Assembly (NCBI GenBank): GCA_046292385.1
Contig: JBKBRF010000004.1
Location: forward strand, 32,001 to 96,000
Direction of reading: 5' to 3'
DNA length: 64,000 bases
DNA from: Armatimonadota bacterium
GTDB lineage: Bacteria > Armatimonadota > SYMT01
The notes under the pieces were generated by a model. It had not been told where the DNA came from, made no database searches, and saw only the letters and a program-made list of their open reading frames with translations. Shown piece after piece: positions 19,639 through 31,827 of the stretch (within the stretch, counting starts at the first letter, position 1; every line of letters begins with the position of its first letter). The position numbers and the translations under genes were made by a program.

Positions 19639-20741
19639 GCTTCTCCCGGATGCTCTCGCGAAAGCTCCGCATTACCGGCCGCCGTTCGTGGTGGCGCAGC
19701 TCGACTCGGGCGGCACTCGCCGTGGTCTGCGCGTGCGCGGCTGCCCCGGCCGCCGCGCAGGTGGCCGCGGGGGGCGACATCGCTCGTCACGTGGGTCTGG
19801 GCGGCGGCGGCGTGGCGCTCCAGGGGGTGGAGGTGAGCCCCATCATCAACCCGGCGGCGCTTGCCACGCCGGTCGGGTTCCGCCTTCGCTTCTCGCGCCT
19901 GGGGTACGGTGGAACGGGTGAGATCAACCAGGAGGCGTGGCGCCTGCTGATCCGTACCAAGGACCTGGAGCGGCTGAAAGACCTGGGGCTCGACCTGGCG
20001 CGCTACCGCACCCGGATGTGGACCGAGAATGGGGTGGGGGTCCGGTTCAGCACCTGGCACCTCGATCTCGCCGGCGCCGGGCAGCTCGCCGGGGATCCGA
20101 ACGCGGCGCTCCAGCGGTGGGTGCGGCAGGGCGCCGCTTTCTTTCCGCCGCCGAATGCGCGGCTCGTCGCCAGCCAGGGCTACTATCTTTCGCCGTCGGT
20201 CGGTTATGGTCACCGCTGGCGGCTGCGCGGCGATCTCCCCGGCAGTCTGGACGCCGGTGCGCGCGTCAAGCTGTGGATCGGGCGCTACCGGCAGGTGCGC
20301 TTCCGCGGGGTGCCGGACGGGAGTGGCTTCGACATCGTCGACCGGGAGACGGCGGACGTGAAGGACCAGGGGTGGGGCGCCGACCTCGGCTTCCGGTTCG
20401 TGCCGGACGGAGAGCCGAACCTCAGCTTTGGCCTCTCCGTTCTCGGGCTGGTAGAGCCTTCCATCGGGGAAATGCGGCAGGAGCGGACCTTCAACCTGGG
20501 CACGGCCTACCGGCTGAGTCCGCGACTCACGCTGGTGGCAGACCTGCTGAACGTCACCGGCGCGAATGAGCGCCGCGTCAAGGTGGCGACCGGCGCGGAG
20601 TACACGGTGGTACCCGGCTGGATCACCCTCCGCGGCGCGGTCACCAGCCGCGGCCTCGCCGGCGGAATAGGACTCGGCCCCATTCAGGTGGCCTTCACCC
20701 GGGACGGTGAGACCACGCTCGGCACCCAGATCCGGTTTTAG
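19635..20741 (+). CDS. Outer-membrane beta-barrel protein (TraF/FadL-like superfamily, tentative)
   Basis: Signal peptide; GLGGGGVA...INPAALA N-motif; alternating beta strands (GWGADLGFRF, FNLGTAYRL); C-terminal Phe (GTQIRF). Confidence 0.7.
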   Translation: MSFSRMLSRKLRITGRRSWWRSSTRAALAVVCACAAAPAAAQVAAGGDIARHVGLGGGGVALQGVEVSPIINPAALATPVGFRLRFSRLGYGGTGEINQEAWRLLIRTKDLERLKDLGLDLARYRTRMWTENGVGVRFSTWHLDLAGAGQLAGDPNAALQRWVRQGAAFFPPPNARLVASQGYYLSPSVGYGHRWRLRGDLPGSLDAGARVKLWIGRYRQVRFRGVPDGSGFDIVDRETADVKDQGWGADLGFRFVPDGEPNLSFGLSVLGLVEPSIGEMRQERTFNLGTAYRLSPRLTLVADLLNVTGANERRVKVATGAEYTVVPGWITLRGAVTSRGLAGGIGLGPIQVAFTRDGETTLGTQIRF

Positions 20742-20780
20742 CCCTCGGACGCTGCGAAGCTCGGAAGTGGTAGGTAGACG

Positions 20781-21557
20781 ATGCGAGTGAAGCGCTGGCG
20801 AGTCCCTGGTACCTGTACGCTCCTCCTCACCGCGGGGCTCCTGACGGCCCTCGCCGGAAGTCCGGCCGAGTCGGGGAAGAAGGAGCGGCCCGAAACGTTC
20901 CGGTTCTTCGCCGGCCGGGCCCGGCTCCAGGACCTGGGGGGACTCTACTGGCTGGCACTGGGGGACCGGCGCGCCTACGGGCTCTTTGGTGACCTGGTCC
21001 ACGAGGTGGCCTTTCCGCTGGCCGGCGCGTCCACCTCCCGCGGTCCCCTCCGCCTCGACGCGCTCTACCCGGTGAACGGACGCCGGATCGGCACCGCGCG
21101 CGGGACGGTGAAGCGGCACCGCGCTTCGGGCCAGCTCCGGGCCGTGGGACGAAGCGGCCGGTGGAAAGCGGTGGAGCTGCGGCGCAGTACCGAGGCTATG
21201 GCCGCGCTCGCGGGCGAATGGATCGATCTTACGACCCGGCGCCGCAACCGGGAAGTGCGCCTGATCCTCGATCCGGCCACGTCGGTCGCACGGGTGGTGG
21301 TGACGGTCCGCGGCGAGGTGAGTGAGACCTCCGGCCCCTGGATGGCGAGCGACGACGAGAGCATCGCCTTCCTACCGCTCTCCGGCGACGGCACGTATGG
21401 CGGGCTCTCGCCGCTCGAGGAGATTCCGGTGAAGAACGTGCCGCTGGTCTCCGCCTACTCGGTGCGCGGGCGGAAGCTTCGCCTGCTCAATCCGCTCGAC
21501 CGCGAGGACGTGCTCACCACGCTGGAGCGGGCGCCGGAAGTGCCCCCGTCCGAGTAG
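20781..21557 (+). CDS. Hypothetical secreted protein (paralog of 18844-19638)
   Basis: Signal peptide; RRIGT, AMAALAGEW, GPWMA, LNPLDR..VLTTL match the upstream ORF. Confidence 0.65.
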   Translation: MRVKRWRVPGTCTLLLTAGLLTALAGSPAESGKKERPETFRFFAGRARLQDLGGLYWLALGDRRAYGLFGDLVHEVAFPLAGASTSRGPLRLDALYPVNGRRIGTARGTVKRHRASGQLRAVGRSGRWKAVELRRSTEAMAALAGEWIDLTTRRRNREVRLILDPATSVARVVVTVRGEVSETSGPWMASDDESIAFLPLSGDGTYGGLSPLEEIPVKNVPLVSAYSVRGRKLRLLNPLDREDVLTTLERAPEVPPSE

Positions 21558-21654
21558 TCGGCCCACAGCCCGGGAGAGGAGCGCGGTACGGAAGCGCGGC
21601 CGCTGGCATAGAATTGCCTGGCTCTCCGCGCCTTCGCGCCGCCCAGGGAACGAA

Positions 21655-22116
21655 ATGCACCGCTCGCTCGCCCCGCTGTTGCTCGTCGCGCTCGTCTCCG
21701 GCTGCCGGGGCGGCGCGTCCGGACCCTCAACCGCCCGCAAGATGGGGCCCACGCTCACCCGTCTCACGAGCCAGACCACCGATCCCGCCCTGCCGAAGGA
21801 GCAGCGGGAGGCCTACTGGGAGCGGATGAAGGGACGCATCCTGACCGCCACCGGCAAGGTGGTCTCCGTCTCCGATTCGATCCTCCTGGAGTGCCCGCTG
21901 GAGCTGGAGGTGGGACAGCCCGCGCCGCCGGTCGAGACCGCCTGCGTGCGCGCCTTTCCGGAGGAGCGGTACGTGAGCGCCCTGCCGATGTTCAAGAAGG
22001 ATCAGCCGCTGCGCGTGCAGGGGGTGCTCACCGTCCGAGAGGAACGGCCGGAGGGGGATGGCTCCGGCTGCCGCGTGCTGTTCGAGGTGCGGGAGGCGCG
22101 GATCCTCATCCGCTGA
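21655..22116 (+). CDS. Lipoprotein, possible OB-fold
   Basis: LVSGC lipobox; KGRILTATGKVVSV...KKDQPLRVQG pattern. Confidence 0.6.
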   Translation: MHRSLAPLLLVALVSGCRGGASGPSTARKMGPTLTRLTSQTTDPALPKEQREAYWERMKGRILTATGKVVSVSDSILLECPLELEVGQPAPPVETACVRAFPEERYVSALPMFKKDQPLRVQGVLTVREERPEGDGSGCRVLFEVREARILIR

Positions 22117-22143
22117 CCGGACCGCAGTGGCTGTAACGAAAAC

Positions 22144-22192
22144 AGAGGCCGGAGCCAGGGAGCCGCTCGCGCGGTCCCTGGCTCCGGCCTCT
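22144..22192 (-). terminator. Intrinsic terminator of the ACIII-cox operon
   Basis: 18-bp perfect stem AGAGGCCGGAGCCAGGGA/TCCCTGGCTCCGGCCTCT followed by GTTTTCGTT on the minus strand. Confidence 0.8.
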
Positions 22193-22216
22193 CTGCGTGA
22201 ATCCGGCTGGCCGCCG

Positions 22217-22573
22217 CTACAGGTTCATGATGCTGGACCGGGTCCAGTAGTCGTTCATCGTCATGAAGAACAGGATCAGCAGCCAGACGAAGGCCCCGAG
22301 GGAGAACATCACGACCAGGCGGCTGCTCACCTTCAGGTGCATGAAGAAGGCCATTACCAGGGCGGCCTTCGCGATCGCGATCGCCATCGCGAGGGGAAAG
22401 TTTGCCGGCCCAAGGTCGACCATCGCCGCGCCCACGGTGAGGAACAGCAGCACCATCAGCGCCCCGAAGACGACGTGGTACGTCATCATCGGGATATGCG
22501 GTGGGTGATACTCCTCGTGAGCGCCGTGTCCCGCCGAATGTCCGTGCCCGTGTCCGTGCCCGTGCGTTGCCAT
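22217..22573 (-). CDS. ctaF: Cytochrome c oxidase subunit IV
   Basis: AIAKAALVMAFFMHLK motif; His-rich N-terminus; TGATG coupling to subunit III. Confidence 0.9.
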   Translation of the reverse strand: MATHGHGHGHGHSAGHGAHEEYHPPHIPMMTYHVVFGALMVLLFLTVGAAMVDLGPANFPLAMAIAIAKAALVMAFFMHLKVSSRLVVMFSLGAFVWLLILFFMTMNDYWTRSSIMNL

Positions 22574-23311
22574 CAGTGACCCCCGCCTCCGCCGCCGAAG
22601 ATCTGCGCCAGCGTTACGTGCCCGATCAGGTAGAGCAGCGGGAACAGGAAGATCCAAATGATATCGATCAGGTGCCAGTAGAGGCCCATGATCTCCACCG
22701 GCTGGTCGTTCCCGCTGGTATAGGTGCCCCTGGCGGCCAGCACGATGAAGGTGCCCACCAGGATCAGCCCGATGATCATGTGGATCGCGTGCAGCCCCGT
22801 CATGCAGAAGTAGATCGTGAAGAACATCTGCACGTGGTGCGGACCGATGCCCGCCGCGGCCAGCGCCTCCAACTCGTGATGGTTCGCCGGATTATCGTAG
22901 AAGGTCCAGTTCAGACCGGGGATGAGCCCGATGTCCCAGTCGTGGCCCCACTCGAAGCCTTTGATGACCAGGAAGAGCGCGCCCAGCACCCACGTGATCA
23001 CCAGGAAGGTGACCAGGGTCTTCTTCTTCCGCTCCACTGCGGCGTGCACGGCCATCACCACCGTCCAGCTACTCACGAGCAGGATCATGGTGTTGATGAA
23101 CCCGAGCTGGATGTTCATGTGGGCGCTGCCCGCGATGAACGCCGCCGGGTAGAGCCACCGGTAGAGGAAGTAGGCGAAGAAGAGCCCGCCGAACATCATC
23201 ACTTCGGTGGCGAGGAACAGCCACATCCCGAGGCTGAACGACTCGCGTTGCTGGGCCAGGTCGTCGAACTGGTGCTGAACCAGCCCGTGCGCGCCATGCC
23301 CCCCGTGCACG

Positions 23312-23322
<11 letters not shown>
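22573..23322 (-). CDS. ctaE: Cytochrome c oxidase subunit III
   Basis: [35 protein letters not shown]. Confidence 0.95.
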
Positions 23323-25086
<1,764 letters not shown>

Positions 25087-25090
<4 letters not shown>

Positions 25091-26229
25091 GGTCTGGTCC
25101 TTCCGTTACTGCCGTTCCCGCCGGCGTTTCCTCCGCCGGCAGTGTTCCCCTGGCCCGTGATCCGGTTGACGTTCTCCGGGACGAAGCCGGTGCGCGCCTT
25201 GTAGTCTTCCGGCGTGAGCCGGCCACTGTAATCGGTCGTCTCGCTCCCCGCCGGCCGGCGGTCGGAGAGGGAGCGGATGTAGGCGACGAGCTGGAACACC
25301 TGCTCTTCACTGAGCTGGTTTCGATAGCTCGGCATGATCGGGCGATAGCCCGCGGCGACTTCCTGCTCCGGCAGCACGATCGCGTCGTGCAGGTAGCGCG
25401 TGTCCGCGATTCGGGTGGTCGCCTCCACCTGCTCCAGCGGCGTGCCGGCGCGGGGGATCTGCACCGGGATCGCCTTCCCGAAGATCCCTTCCAGCGCGGG
25501 GGCGCGGACGTTGGCGTTCGGGCCGTGGCAGCCGCTGCATCCGTACTTCATGAACAGCGCCTCGCCCTGCTGCGCCACCGTCTCCCCCACGTTCCCCTCG
25601 TTCAGCCACGCTTCGTACTCGCTCGGCTCCATCACGTAGACGGTGCCGACCATGGTGCTGTGGAGCGTGCCGCAGAACTCCGCGCAGAAGAGATGGTACT
25701 TGCCCGGCTTGGTGGGGGTGAACCAGAGGCGCGTGAACTGGCCCGGGATGACGTCCTGCTTCACGCGGAACGCCGGCACCCAGAAGCTGTGGATCACGTC
25801 TTCCGAAGTCATCACGAGCTGGACCGGCTTGCCCACCGGCACGTGCAGCTCGTTGTTCTCCCACTTGCCGTTCGGCTGCTGCAGCTTCCACATCCACTGC
25901 TTGCCGACGACGTACACCTCCATCGCGTCCGCCGGAGCGCCGCGCGTGATGTGGAAGAAGAGCCCGGCGGACCAGACGAAGATCCCCATCACGATGGCGA
26001 GCGGCACGATCGTCCACGCCAGCTCCACCGCCAGGCTGTGCAGCGGCGGGTTGGAGCGGTCCGCGTGTGCGCCGCGCCGGTATTTGACGGTCAGGTAGAT
26101 GATCCCGACGAAGATCGCGACCGTGAAGAATACGGCCACGGCGGTGATCGCGTACCAGAGTGCGTCTACGTTGTCCGCGACAGACGAGGCGCCGCCTTGT
26201 AGGTATGCTAGTGTGCCCACGGCGTCCAA
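25087..26229 (-). CDS. ctaC: Cytochrome c oxidase subunit II with C-terminal cytochrome c (caa3-type)
   Basis: [19 protein letters not shown] (CuA), CSGCH heme motif, MP distal ligand. Confidence 0.95.
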
Positions 26230-26235
26230 CTCTCC

Positions 26236-27111
26236 TTAGCCTTCCGCTTCCAGAGCCGCGTCACCCCGGCGCCGCTGGGTTCGGTCGCGCAGCTTCATCA
26301 TCGTAATTCCAAATGCGATCAGGAGCACCGTCGCGATCCCCGCCAGCCGCACTACGCTCATAATCACGAGACCGTACTTACCCTGGGCCGGATTGTAGTG
26401 GAAGCAGAGCAGCGCGATGGCGTCGATAAAGCTTCCGATCCGCTCGCTCGCCGCCTCGATGAGGCCGAAGCGGAGATCGCGAGCGGGATAGTTCAGCCCG
26501 AAGTAGTAGCGCGCCAGCTTTCCCTGGGGGGTGGCGATGATCACGCCGTCCGGGTGCGCGTACTGGTCCGTGTGTTGATCGTAGTAGTAGCGGTAGCCGA
26601 CCGCCTCCGAGAGACGATCGATCTCCCGCTTCTCGCCGGTGAGGAAGTGGAACCCCGCCGCGGACTCGGGGCGCCCGTACTTCTTCAGGTACTCCTGCTT
26701 GAATTCCGCCGCGAAGTCCGGCTTCTCCCGCGGATCGATGCTCACGATCAGCAGGTTGAACTCCTTGCCCGGCGTGAATTCCAGCTCCTTCAGGCTGTCC
26801 AGCAGCTCGCGCAGCTCTTCCGTGCAGAGCATGGTGCACTTGAACTGGATCAGCATCATCATGACCGGCTTCTTGCCGAAGTACTCGGCAAGCTGCACCG
26901 GACGCCCGGACCCTTCCTCGTAGAAGGTGACGTCCGCCGGTACCTGCTCGTTGAGGCGCTGGTGAAGCTTCACCAGCTTGAGTGCCTCCTCGCGTCCCAT
27001 TCCCTCGATCGCCTGGGCACTCGCGGGAGACGCGCAGAAGAGCGTCCCCGCCGCCAGCGCCGCGGCGGCGAGCTGGGATACTGCGCCAGCTCTGATCGAT
27101 CGAAGGCTCAT
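26236..27111 (-). CDS. SCO1/SenC copper chaperone
   Basis: CTMLC (CxxxC), SIDP, FLTG, YAH; C-terminal TM. Confidence 0.9.
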   Translation of the reverse strand: MSLRSIRAGAVSQLAAAALAAGTLFCASPASAQAIEGMGREEALKLVKLHQRLNEQVPADVTFYEEGSGRPVQLAEYFGKKPVMMMLIQFKCTMLCTEELRELLDSLKELEFTPGKEFNLLIVSIDPREKPDFAAEFKQEYLKKYGRPESAAGFHFLTGEKREIDRLSEAVGYRYYYDQHTDQYAHPDGVIIATPQGKLARYYFGLNYPARDLRFGLIEAASERIGSFIDAIALLCFHYNPAQGKYGLVIMSVVRLAGIATVLLIAFGITMMKLRDRTQRRRGDAALEAEG

Positions 27112-27683
27112 CGCAGCCGGTTCTCCCAATTCAGGCCGCCGCTCGAGTCGGACGGCATCGGCTCGGCAAAAGCGGGAGGCAGCGCTCCGGCGCCGGCTCC
27201 GGTCGCGCCGGTCTGCGGGCCCTGCCCGGTTGTCACGCCGGTCAGCGCCTGCTGCGGCACGATCGGCGTGCCGCGCTCCGCATCCCAGAACCCGATCTCA
27301 GTCAACTGCCGCTGTTCCTCGGCGACGATCTCGGCGCGGTACTCCAGCGGGCCGATCAGCGGATCCTTCTCCCGTCCCTGCTGCAGGTCCGGGCTCGGCA
27401 CGAGCGGCGGGCCGGCGCGCTCGATCTTCTCCCTGAAGACGGGCGAGGGGAGTTGGCTGGCCTCTCGCGTGTTGTCGAGCATCAGGTTGTAGGCGAAGTA
27501 GAGCGCTACGCAGAGGATCGCGGTGGTGATGAACAGGCCGGCGATCCACCAGACGACGGGACGGAAGTTGACGTCGCGCTCTTCGTGTCCGAACTCGACC
27601 CCGTACTCCTGCGTGCCCTGCGGCAGCGTGACGGTAGGGGCGATATGGTCCTCGTCTTCGGCCTGGAGATGCGGATCAACCAT
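27108..27683 (-). CDS. ActG-like single-TM accessory subunit
   Basis: GHEERDVN + TM + P.L..P pattern; position between actF and SCO. Confidence 0.6.
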   Translation of the reverse strand: MVDPHLQAEDEDHIAPTVTLPQGTQEYGVEFGHEERDVNFRPVVWWIAGLFITTAILCVALYFAYNLMLDNTREASQLPSPVFREKIERAGPPLVPSPDLQQGREKDPLIGPLEYRAEIVAEEQRQLTEIGFWDAERGTPIVPQQALTGVTTGQGPQTGATGAGAGALPPAFAEPMPSDSSGGLNWENRLR

Positions 27684-28944
27684 GAGAGATCACCTCCTGC
27701 GCGTGATGCTGGGCGGCCAGGCCCTCCTGCAGACGCAGGTCGTAAACCGGTACGACGGTGCGGCCCTTCACCTGGTTGATGAACACGATCAGCCAGATCC
27801 CGCCGAGGAGCAGGGGCGCGCCCAGGTCGGCGAAGTTGAACGAGATCGACGGGCGGAAAGTTGGCACCACGATCCAGAAGAGGTCCACGAACCGCATCAC
27901 CACCAGGAAGAGCGCCACCTGTGCGAGCCGGCTCGGATCGCGCTTCACCTTGCTGCCGAGCAGCAGGATGAAGAACGGCAGGAAGAAATGCAGCGCGATC
28001 AGCAGGACCGGGAAGATCCACCAACCGTGCTGGTTCCGGTGCACGTACCAGATCACTTCTTCGGCCGTGTTCCCGCTGAAGGTGATGAGGTACTGCGAGA
28101 ACGACATGTACGCCCAGAGCATGATCGTGGCGAGCGTGAGGTTCCCCAGGTCGCGCAGGTAGCCGTCCGGCACCTTCCGCAGCAGCGTCGTGCCGCCCGC
28201 CAGGTAGTTGAGCAGGACGAGCATCAGCGCCAGGGTGGAGAGCGCCTGAGAGGCAACGAAGAGCAGCCCGAAGATCGAGCTGAACCACTCCGGCTCCAGC
28301 GACATCACCCAGTCCACCGACATAAAGGTGACCGTGGTGACGAGGAGCAGCACGCCGCCCGCGCCCCAGTAGTTCGCCTTGACGAAGACTCCTGCATCCG
28401 CCCGCTCGTCTTGCACTCGCGACCACTTCTGGAAGGCGAGCGCCAGCCCGATCCAGATGACGAAGTAGGCGACCGTGAAGGCGAGGAAGCGCGGGATGTT
28501 CAGGTATCCGGACTTCACCTGGATCAGGTCGCGTCCCGCTGCCAGGGGGCTGGCCCAGCCGGGATGCTCGCCGCCGTACGCCCAGAGCGTCGGCAGCGCC
28601 TCCGGCATAAAGAGCGGCAGCAGCGCCGGGATGAGCAGCACGCCCATCACCGCGAAGGTCACTGGCGAGCCGCCGGCCTCCAGGAAGCGCCGGATCAGGA
28701 AGCCCCAGCCGCCGCCGACGGCGTGGTGCATCATCAGCAGCCCGAGCGAGCCGATCGTCACGCCGATCCAGAACATGTAGCTGAAGAGGTACGACTCCAG
28801 GACGTGGTATCCGCCGCCCAGGAAGAAGCCGGCCACGCAGAGCACGGCGCCGGCCACCACGGCTCCGGTGGCGAGGCCCTGCAACTGCTGGAGCTTCGGC
28901 CCCATCAGTTCATCGGTAGTTACTCTAAGGTCGTTGGTATCCAC
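27676..28944 (-). CDS. actF: Alternative complex III membrane subunit F
   Basis: DWVMSLEPEWFSSIFG, DLGNL, WAYMSFSQYLI. Confidence 0.9.
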   Translation of the reverse strand: MDTNDLRVTTDELMGPKLQQLQGLATGAVVAGAVLCVAGFFLGGGYHVLESYLFSYMFWIGVTIGSLGLLMMHHAVGGGWGFLIRRFLEAGGSPVTFAVMGVLLIPALLPLFMPEALPTLWAYGGEHPGWASPLAAGRDLIQVKSGYLNIPRFLAFTVAYFVIWIGLALAFQKWSRVQDERADAGVFVKANYWGAGGVLLLVTTVTFMSVDWVMSLEPEWFSSIFGLLFVASQALSTLALMLVLLNYLAGGTTLLRKVPDGYLRDLGNLTLATIMLWAYMSFSQYLITFSGNTAEEVIWYVHRNQHGWWIFPVLLIALHFFLPFFILLLGSKVKRDPSRLAQVALFLVVMRFVDLFWIVVPTFRPSISFNFADLGAPLLLGGIWLIVFINQVKGRTVVPVYDLRLQEGLAAQHHAQEVISHG

Positions 28945-29005
28945 GGGTTGCCCCTAGAAGCTTTCGCCGCGCCGGCTCCGCGGGGGAGCGAAGGCGCGCA
29001 TCAGA

Positions 29006-29809
29006 TCAATGCCCGGTCGCGGTGCCGCCGGTCGAAGTACCGCCGTAGTCCTGCTCCGGCGCCACGGGCGGCTGCTGCATGCTGCCGGGTGCGGCGCCGG
29101 CGCCCGGCGCGTGCCCGCCCGGAGGGGTGGCCTGTCCGCCGGCGCCCGGAGCGCCATGCTCGTCCTGCGGCAGCCGCATCGGCCGAGCCGGATCCTGAAT
29201 GCCGCGCTCCCGGGCGCGCTCGCGCTCGCCGACGTACGGGTCATCGGTAGTGACCGGTCGCACCTTCTGGAGAGACCGGATGTAGGAGACGATCGCCCAG
29301 CGGTCCGCCACCGGCACGCGGGAGGCGTAGCTGTACATCACGCCGTAGCCGTGCGTGATCACGTCGAAGTAGTGACCGTCCGGAGCGTCTCGCAGCCGCT
29401 GGATAGCATAATCCGGCGGGTGGGGAAAGCCGCGGCGCACGATCATGCCGTCCCCGGCTCCGGTAACACCGTGACACGGGGAGCAGTAGACGTTGTAGCG
29501 CTCCTGCCCCCGCGCTACCACTGCCGCCGTGACCGGGACCGGGCTCCGGGCAACCAGCCGCCCGTCCGTGCCTCGTCCGGTGACGCGCACGTCGGTGCGA
29601 GGCAGCGTGCCGCGCGCCACGGTGCCGACCGGCGGGATCCGTGCGGACGACTGCTCACCCGGCTGCGGGCTCTCCTCGTAGGGCTTGATGCGCGCGTCGT
29701 TCCACATTCCCAGCGGGTGGTACCGCCCGTCACGGGTGCAGCCCGCGAGCATGGAGAGGCAGACCAGGGCGCCCGCCCAGAGAGTGATTTGTTGCGGTGT
29801 TCGCGCCAC
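29006..29809 (-). CDS. actE: Alternative complex III monoheme cytochrome c lipoprotein
   Basis: LAGC lipobox; PPVGTVARG; YCSPCHG; M.SYA...DRWAIVSYIRSLQ. Confidence 0.9.
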   Translation of the reverse strand: MARTPQQITLWAGALVCLSMLAGCTRDGRYHPLGMWNDARIKPYEESPQPGEQSSARIPPVGTVARGTLPRTDVRVTGRGTDGRLVARSPVPVTAAVVARGQERYNVYCSPCHGVTGAGDGMIVRRGFPHPPDYAIQRLRDAPDGHYFDVITHGYGVMYSYASRVPVADRWAIVSYIRSLQKVRPVTTDDPYVGERERARERGIQDPARPMRLPQDEHGAPGAGGQATPPGGHAPGAGAAPGSMQQPPVAPEQDYGGTSTGGTATGH

Positions 29810-29812
29810 GGG

Positions 29813-30397
29813 CTATTTCTCCAACTCGACTTCGGACACGTTGAGCGCGCCGAGGCCCTCCAGGAACCGCCGGGTCTCCGCCCGGTCGAACTTGGGGTCG
29901 GTCGACTCGATGCCGAGGAAGAAGCGGTCGCTGGTCGCCCGCTCGAAGTTCGGCGTGTTGAAGACCGGATGGTAGGGCATCGGCAGTCCGTTGACCATGA
30001 ACATCCCCACGATCCCGGAGAGCGCGGAGAGCAGGACGGTACACTCGAACGTGATCGGAATGAACGACGGCCACGCGAAGAGCGGGCGACCCCCGATGTT
30101 GAGCGGGTAGTCGATCACCGTCGTGAAATAGAGCAGTCCGAAGCCGCCCACCGCGCCCAGCACCCCGCCGACGAACATGATCCAGGGGATCAGGTAGTCG
30201 CGGTGCCCCAGCGCCTCGGAGAGGCCTTCCACCGGGAACGGCGAGTAGGCGTCCACGTACTTGAAGCCGGCCGCCTTCGCCGCTTCCGCGGCGTGGATCA
30301 CCTGGTGCGCGTCGTCGAACTCCGCCACCAGGCCATACAGCAACCCCTGGTCGATCGGCTGGATCTGGGTTTCGTTTGTTTCTTCCGGATGACTCAT
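29813..30397 (-). CDS. actD: Alternative complex III subunit D (DUF3341)
   Basis: DAYSPFPVEGL, YPLNIGGRP, FIPITFE. Confidence 0.92.
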   Translation of the reverse strand: MSHPEETNETQIQPIDQGLLYGLVAEFDDAHQVIHAAEAAKAAGFKYVDAYSPFPVEGLSEALGHRDYLIPWIMFVGGVLGAVGGFGLLYFTTVIDYPLNIGGRPLFAWPSFIPITFECTVLLSALSGIVGMFMVNGLPMPYHPVFNTPNFERATSDRFFLGIESTDPKFDRAETRRFLEGLGALNVSEVELEK

Positions 30398-30416
30398 GCT
30401 CTGCTCCAGGAGCCGA

Positions 30417-31826
30417 TTAGTGCTGCCGAGGATGACCTTCCGCCTGCGGATCGCCCACGCTCGCGGTGTGACCGTGGTGCAGCAGCAGCTCTCGCATCTC
30501 CGCGATCGAGATCACCGGAACGAACCGCGAGAACAGCAGGAAGAGCAGGACGAAGAATCCCATCGTGCCGATGTAGATCGCCCAGTCGACCCAGGTCGGG
30601 TAGTAGAGCGCCCACATACCGGGCATGAAGTCGAAGCTCAAGCTGGTGACGATGATGACGAACCGCTCCAGCCACATGCCGATCGTGACCGAGATCGAGA
30701 CCAGCACGAGCCAGAAGATACTGGTGCGCGCCCACTTGAACCAGAGGATCTGCGGGATGATGCCGTTGCAGAGGATCAGCGCCCAGTAGGACCACGCGTA
30801 CGGCCCGAACATGCGGTTCTGGAACGTCATGTACTTTTCGTACAGGTTGCCGCTGTACCAGCCGAAGAAGACTTCCATCAGGTAGCCGTAGAACACGATG
30901 AGCCCGGTGGTGAGCATCACCTTGCCCATGTTCTCCAGGTGCTTCATCGTGATCAGGTCTTTGAGACCGAAGGCAGCCCGGAGCGGCACGGCGAGCAGGA
31001 TCGTCATCGCAAAGCCGGCGAACACCGCGCCCGCCACGAAGTACGGCGGGAAGATGGTGGAGTGCCAGCCCGGCACGATGCCGACGGCGAAGTCGAAGCT
31101 CACGATGGTGTGCACGGAGAGCACCAGCGGCGTGCTTAGCCCCGCCAGCAGCAGGTAGAGCATCGTGTAGCGGCGCCAGTGCAGCGCGCTCCCGCGCCAG
31201 CCGAAGCAGAGCATCCCCAGGATGATCTTCACCCACCGGTTGTTGGTCCGGTCCCGCAGCGTCGCCAGGTCCGGGATCAGGCCCACGAACCAGAAGAGCA
31301 CGGAGACGGTGATGTAGGTGGAGATCGCGAAGACGTCCCACATCAGCGGGCTGCGGAACTGCGGCCAGAGCCCCATGCTGTTCGGCAGCGGGAACATCCA
31401 GTAGGCGAACTGGTGACGCCCAATGTGCAGCAGCGGGTAGACGCCGGCCTGCATCACGGCGAAGATCGTCATCGCCTCCGCGAAGCGGTTGATGGAGGTG
31501 CGCCAGTTCTGGTGCAGGAGCAGCAGGATCGCCGAGATGAGCGTTCCGGCGTGTCCGATACCGATCCACCAAACGAAGTTGATGATGTCGAACGCCCAGC
31601 CGTTCGGCTGGTTGTTTCCCCAGACCCCCACGCCGAAGAGGATGGTGGTGAGGACGCCCAGCCCCATCATACAGGTCAGGCCGGCGGCGAAGAGGACGCC
31701 GAGCAGCCAGTTGGCCGAGTACCGGTTGCTGAAGGTAATCGACGCGATCTTGTCCGTGACCGACTCGTAAGAATGGCCCGGCGCGATGATGTCGAAGGTT
31801 TCGTTTTCGGTGCGCGATAGGGCCAT
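30417..31826 (-). CDS. actC: Alternative complex III NrfD-family quinol-binding subunit
   Basis: NFVWWIGIGHAGTLISAIL, SPLMWDVFAISTY, GWHSTIFPPYF, GMWLERFVII. Confidence 0.95.
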   Translation of the reverse strand: MALSRTENETFDIIAPGHSYESVTDKIASITFSNRYSANWLLGVLFAAGLTCMMGLGVLTTILFGVGVWGNNQPNGWAFDIINFVWWIGIGHAGTLISAILLLLHQNWRTSINRFAEAMTIFAVMQAGVYPLLHIGRHQFAYWMFPLPNSMGLWPQFRSPLMWDVFAISTYITVSVLFWFVGLIPDLATLRDRTNNRWVKIILGMLCFGWRGSALHWRRYTMLYLLLAGLSTPLVLSVHTIVSFDFAVGIVPGWHSTIFPPYFVAGAVFAGFAMTILLAVPLRAAFGLKDLITMKHLENMGKVMLTTGLIVFYGYLMEVFFGWYSGNLYEKYMTFQNRMFGPYAWSYWALILCNGIIPQILWFKWARTSIFWLVLVSISVTIGMWLERFVIIVTSLSFDFMPGMWALYYPTWVDWAIYIGTMGFFVLLFLLFSRFVPVISIAEMRELLLHHGHTASVGDPQAEGHPRQH

Positions 31827-31827
31827 C

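Noticed and set aside
19635..20741. Conjugation system from TraF-like similarity
   Set aside because: No other tra/T4SS genes nearby; the barrel family call is tentative.
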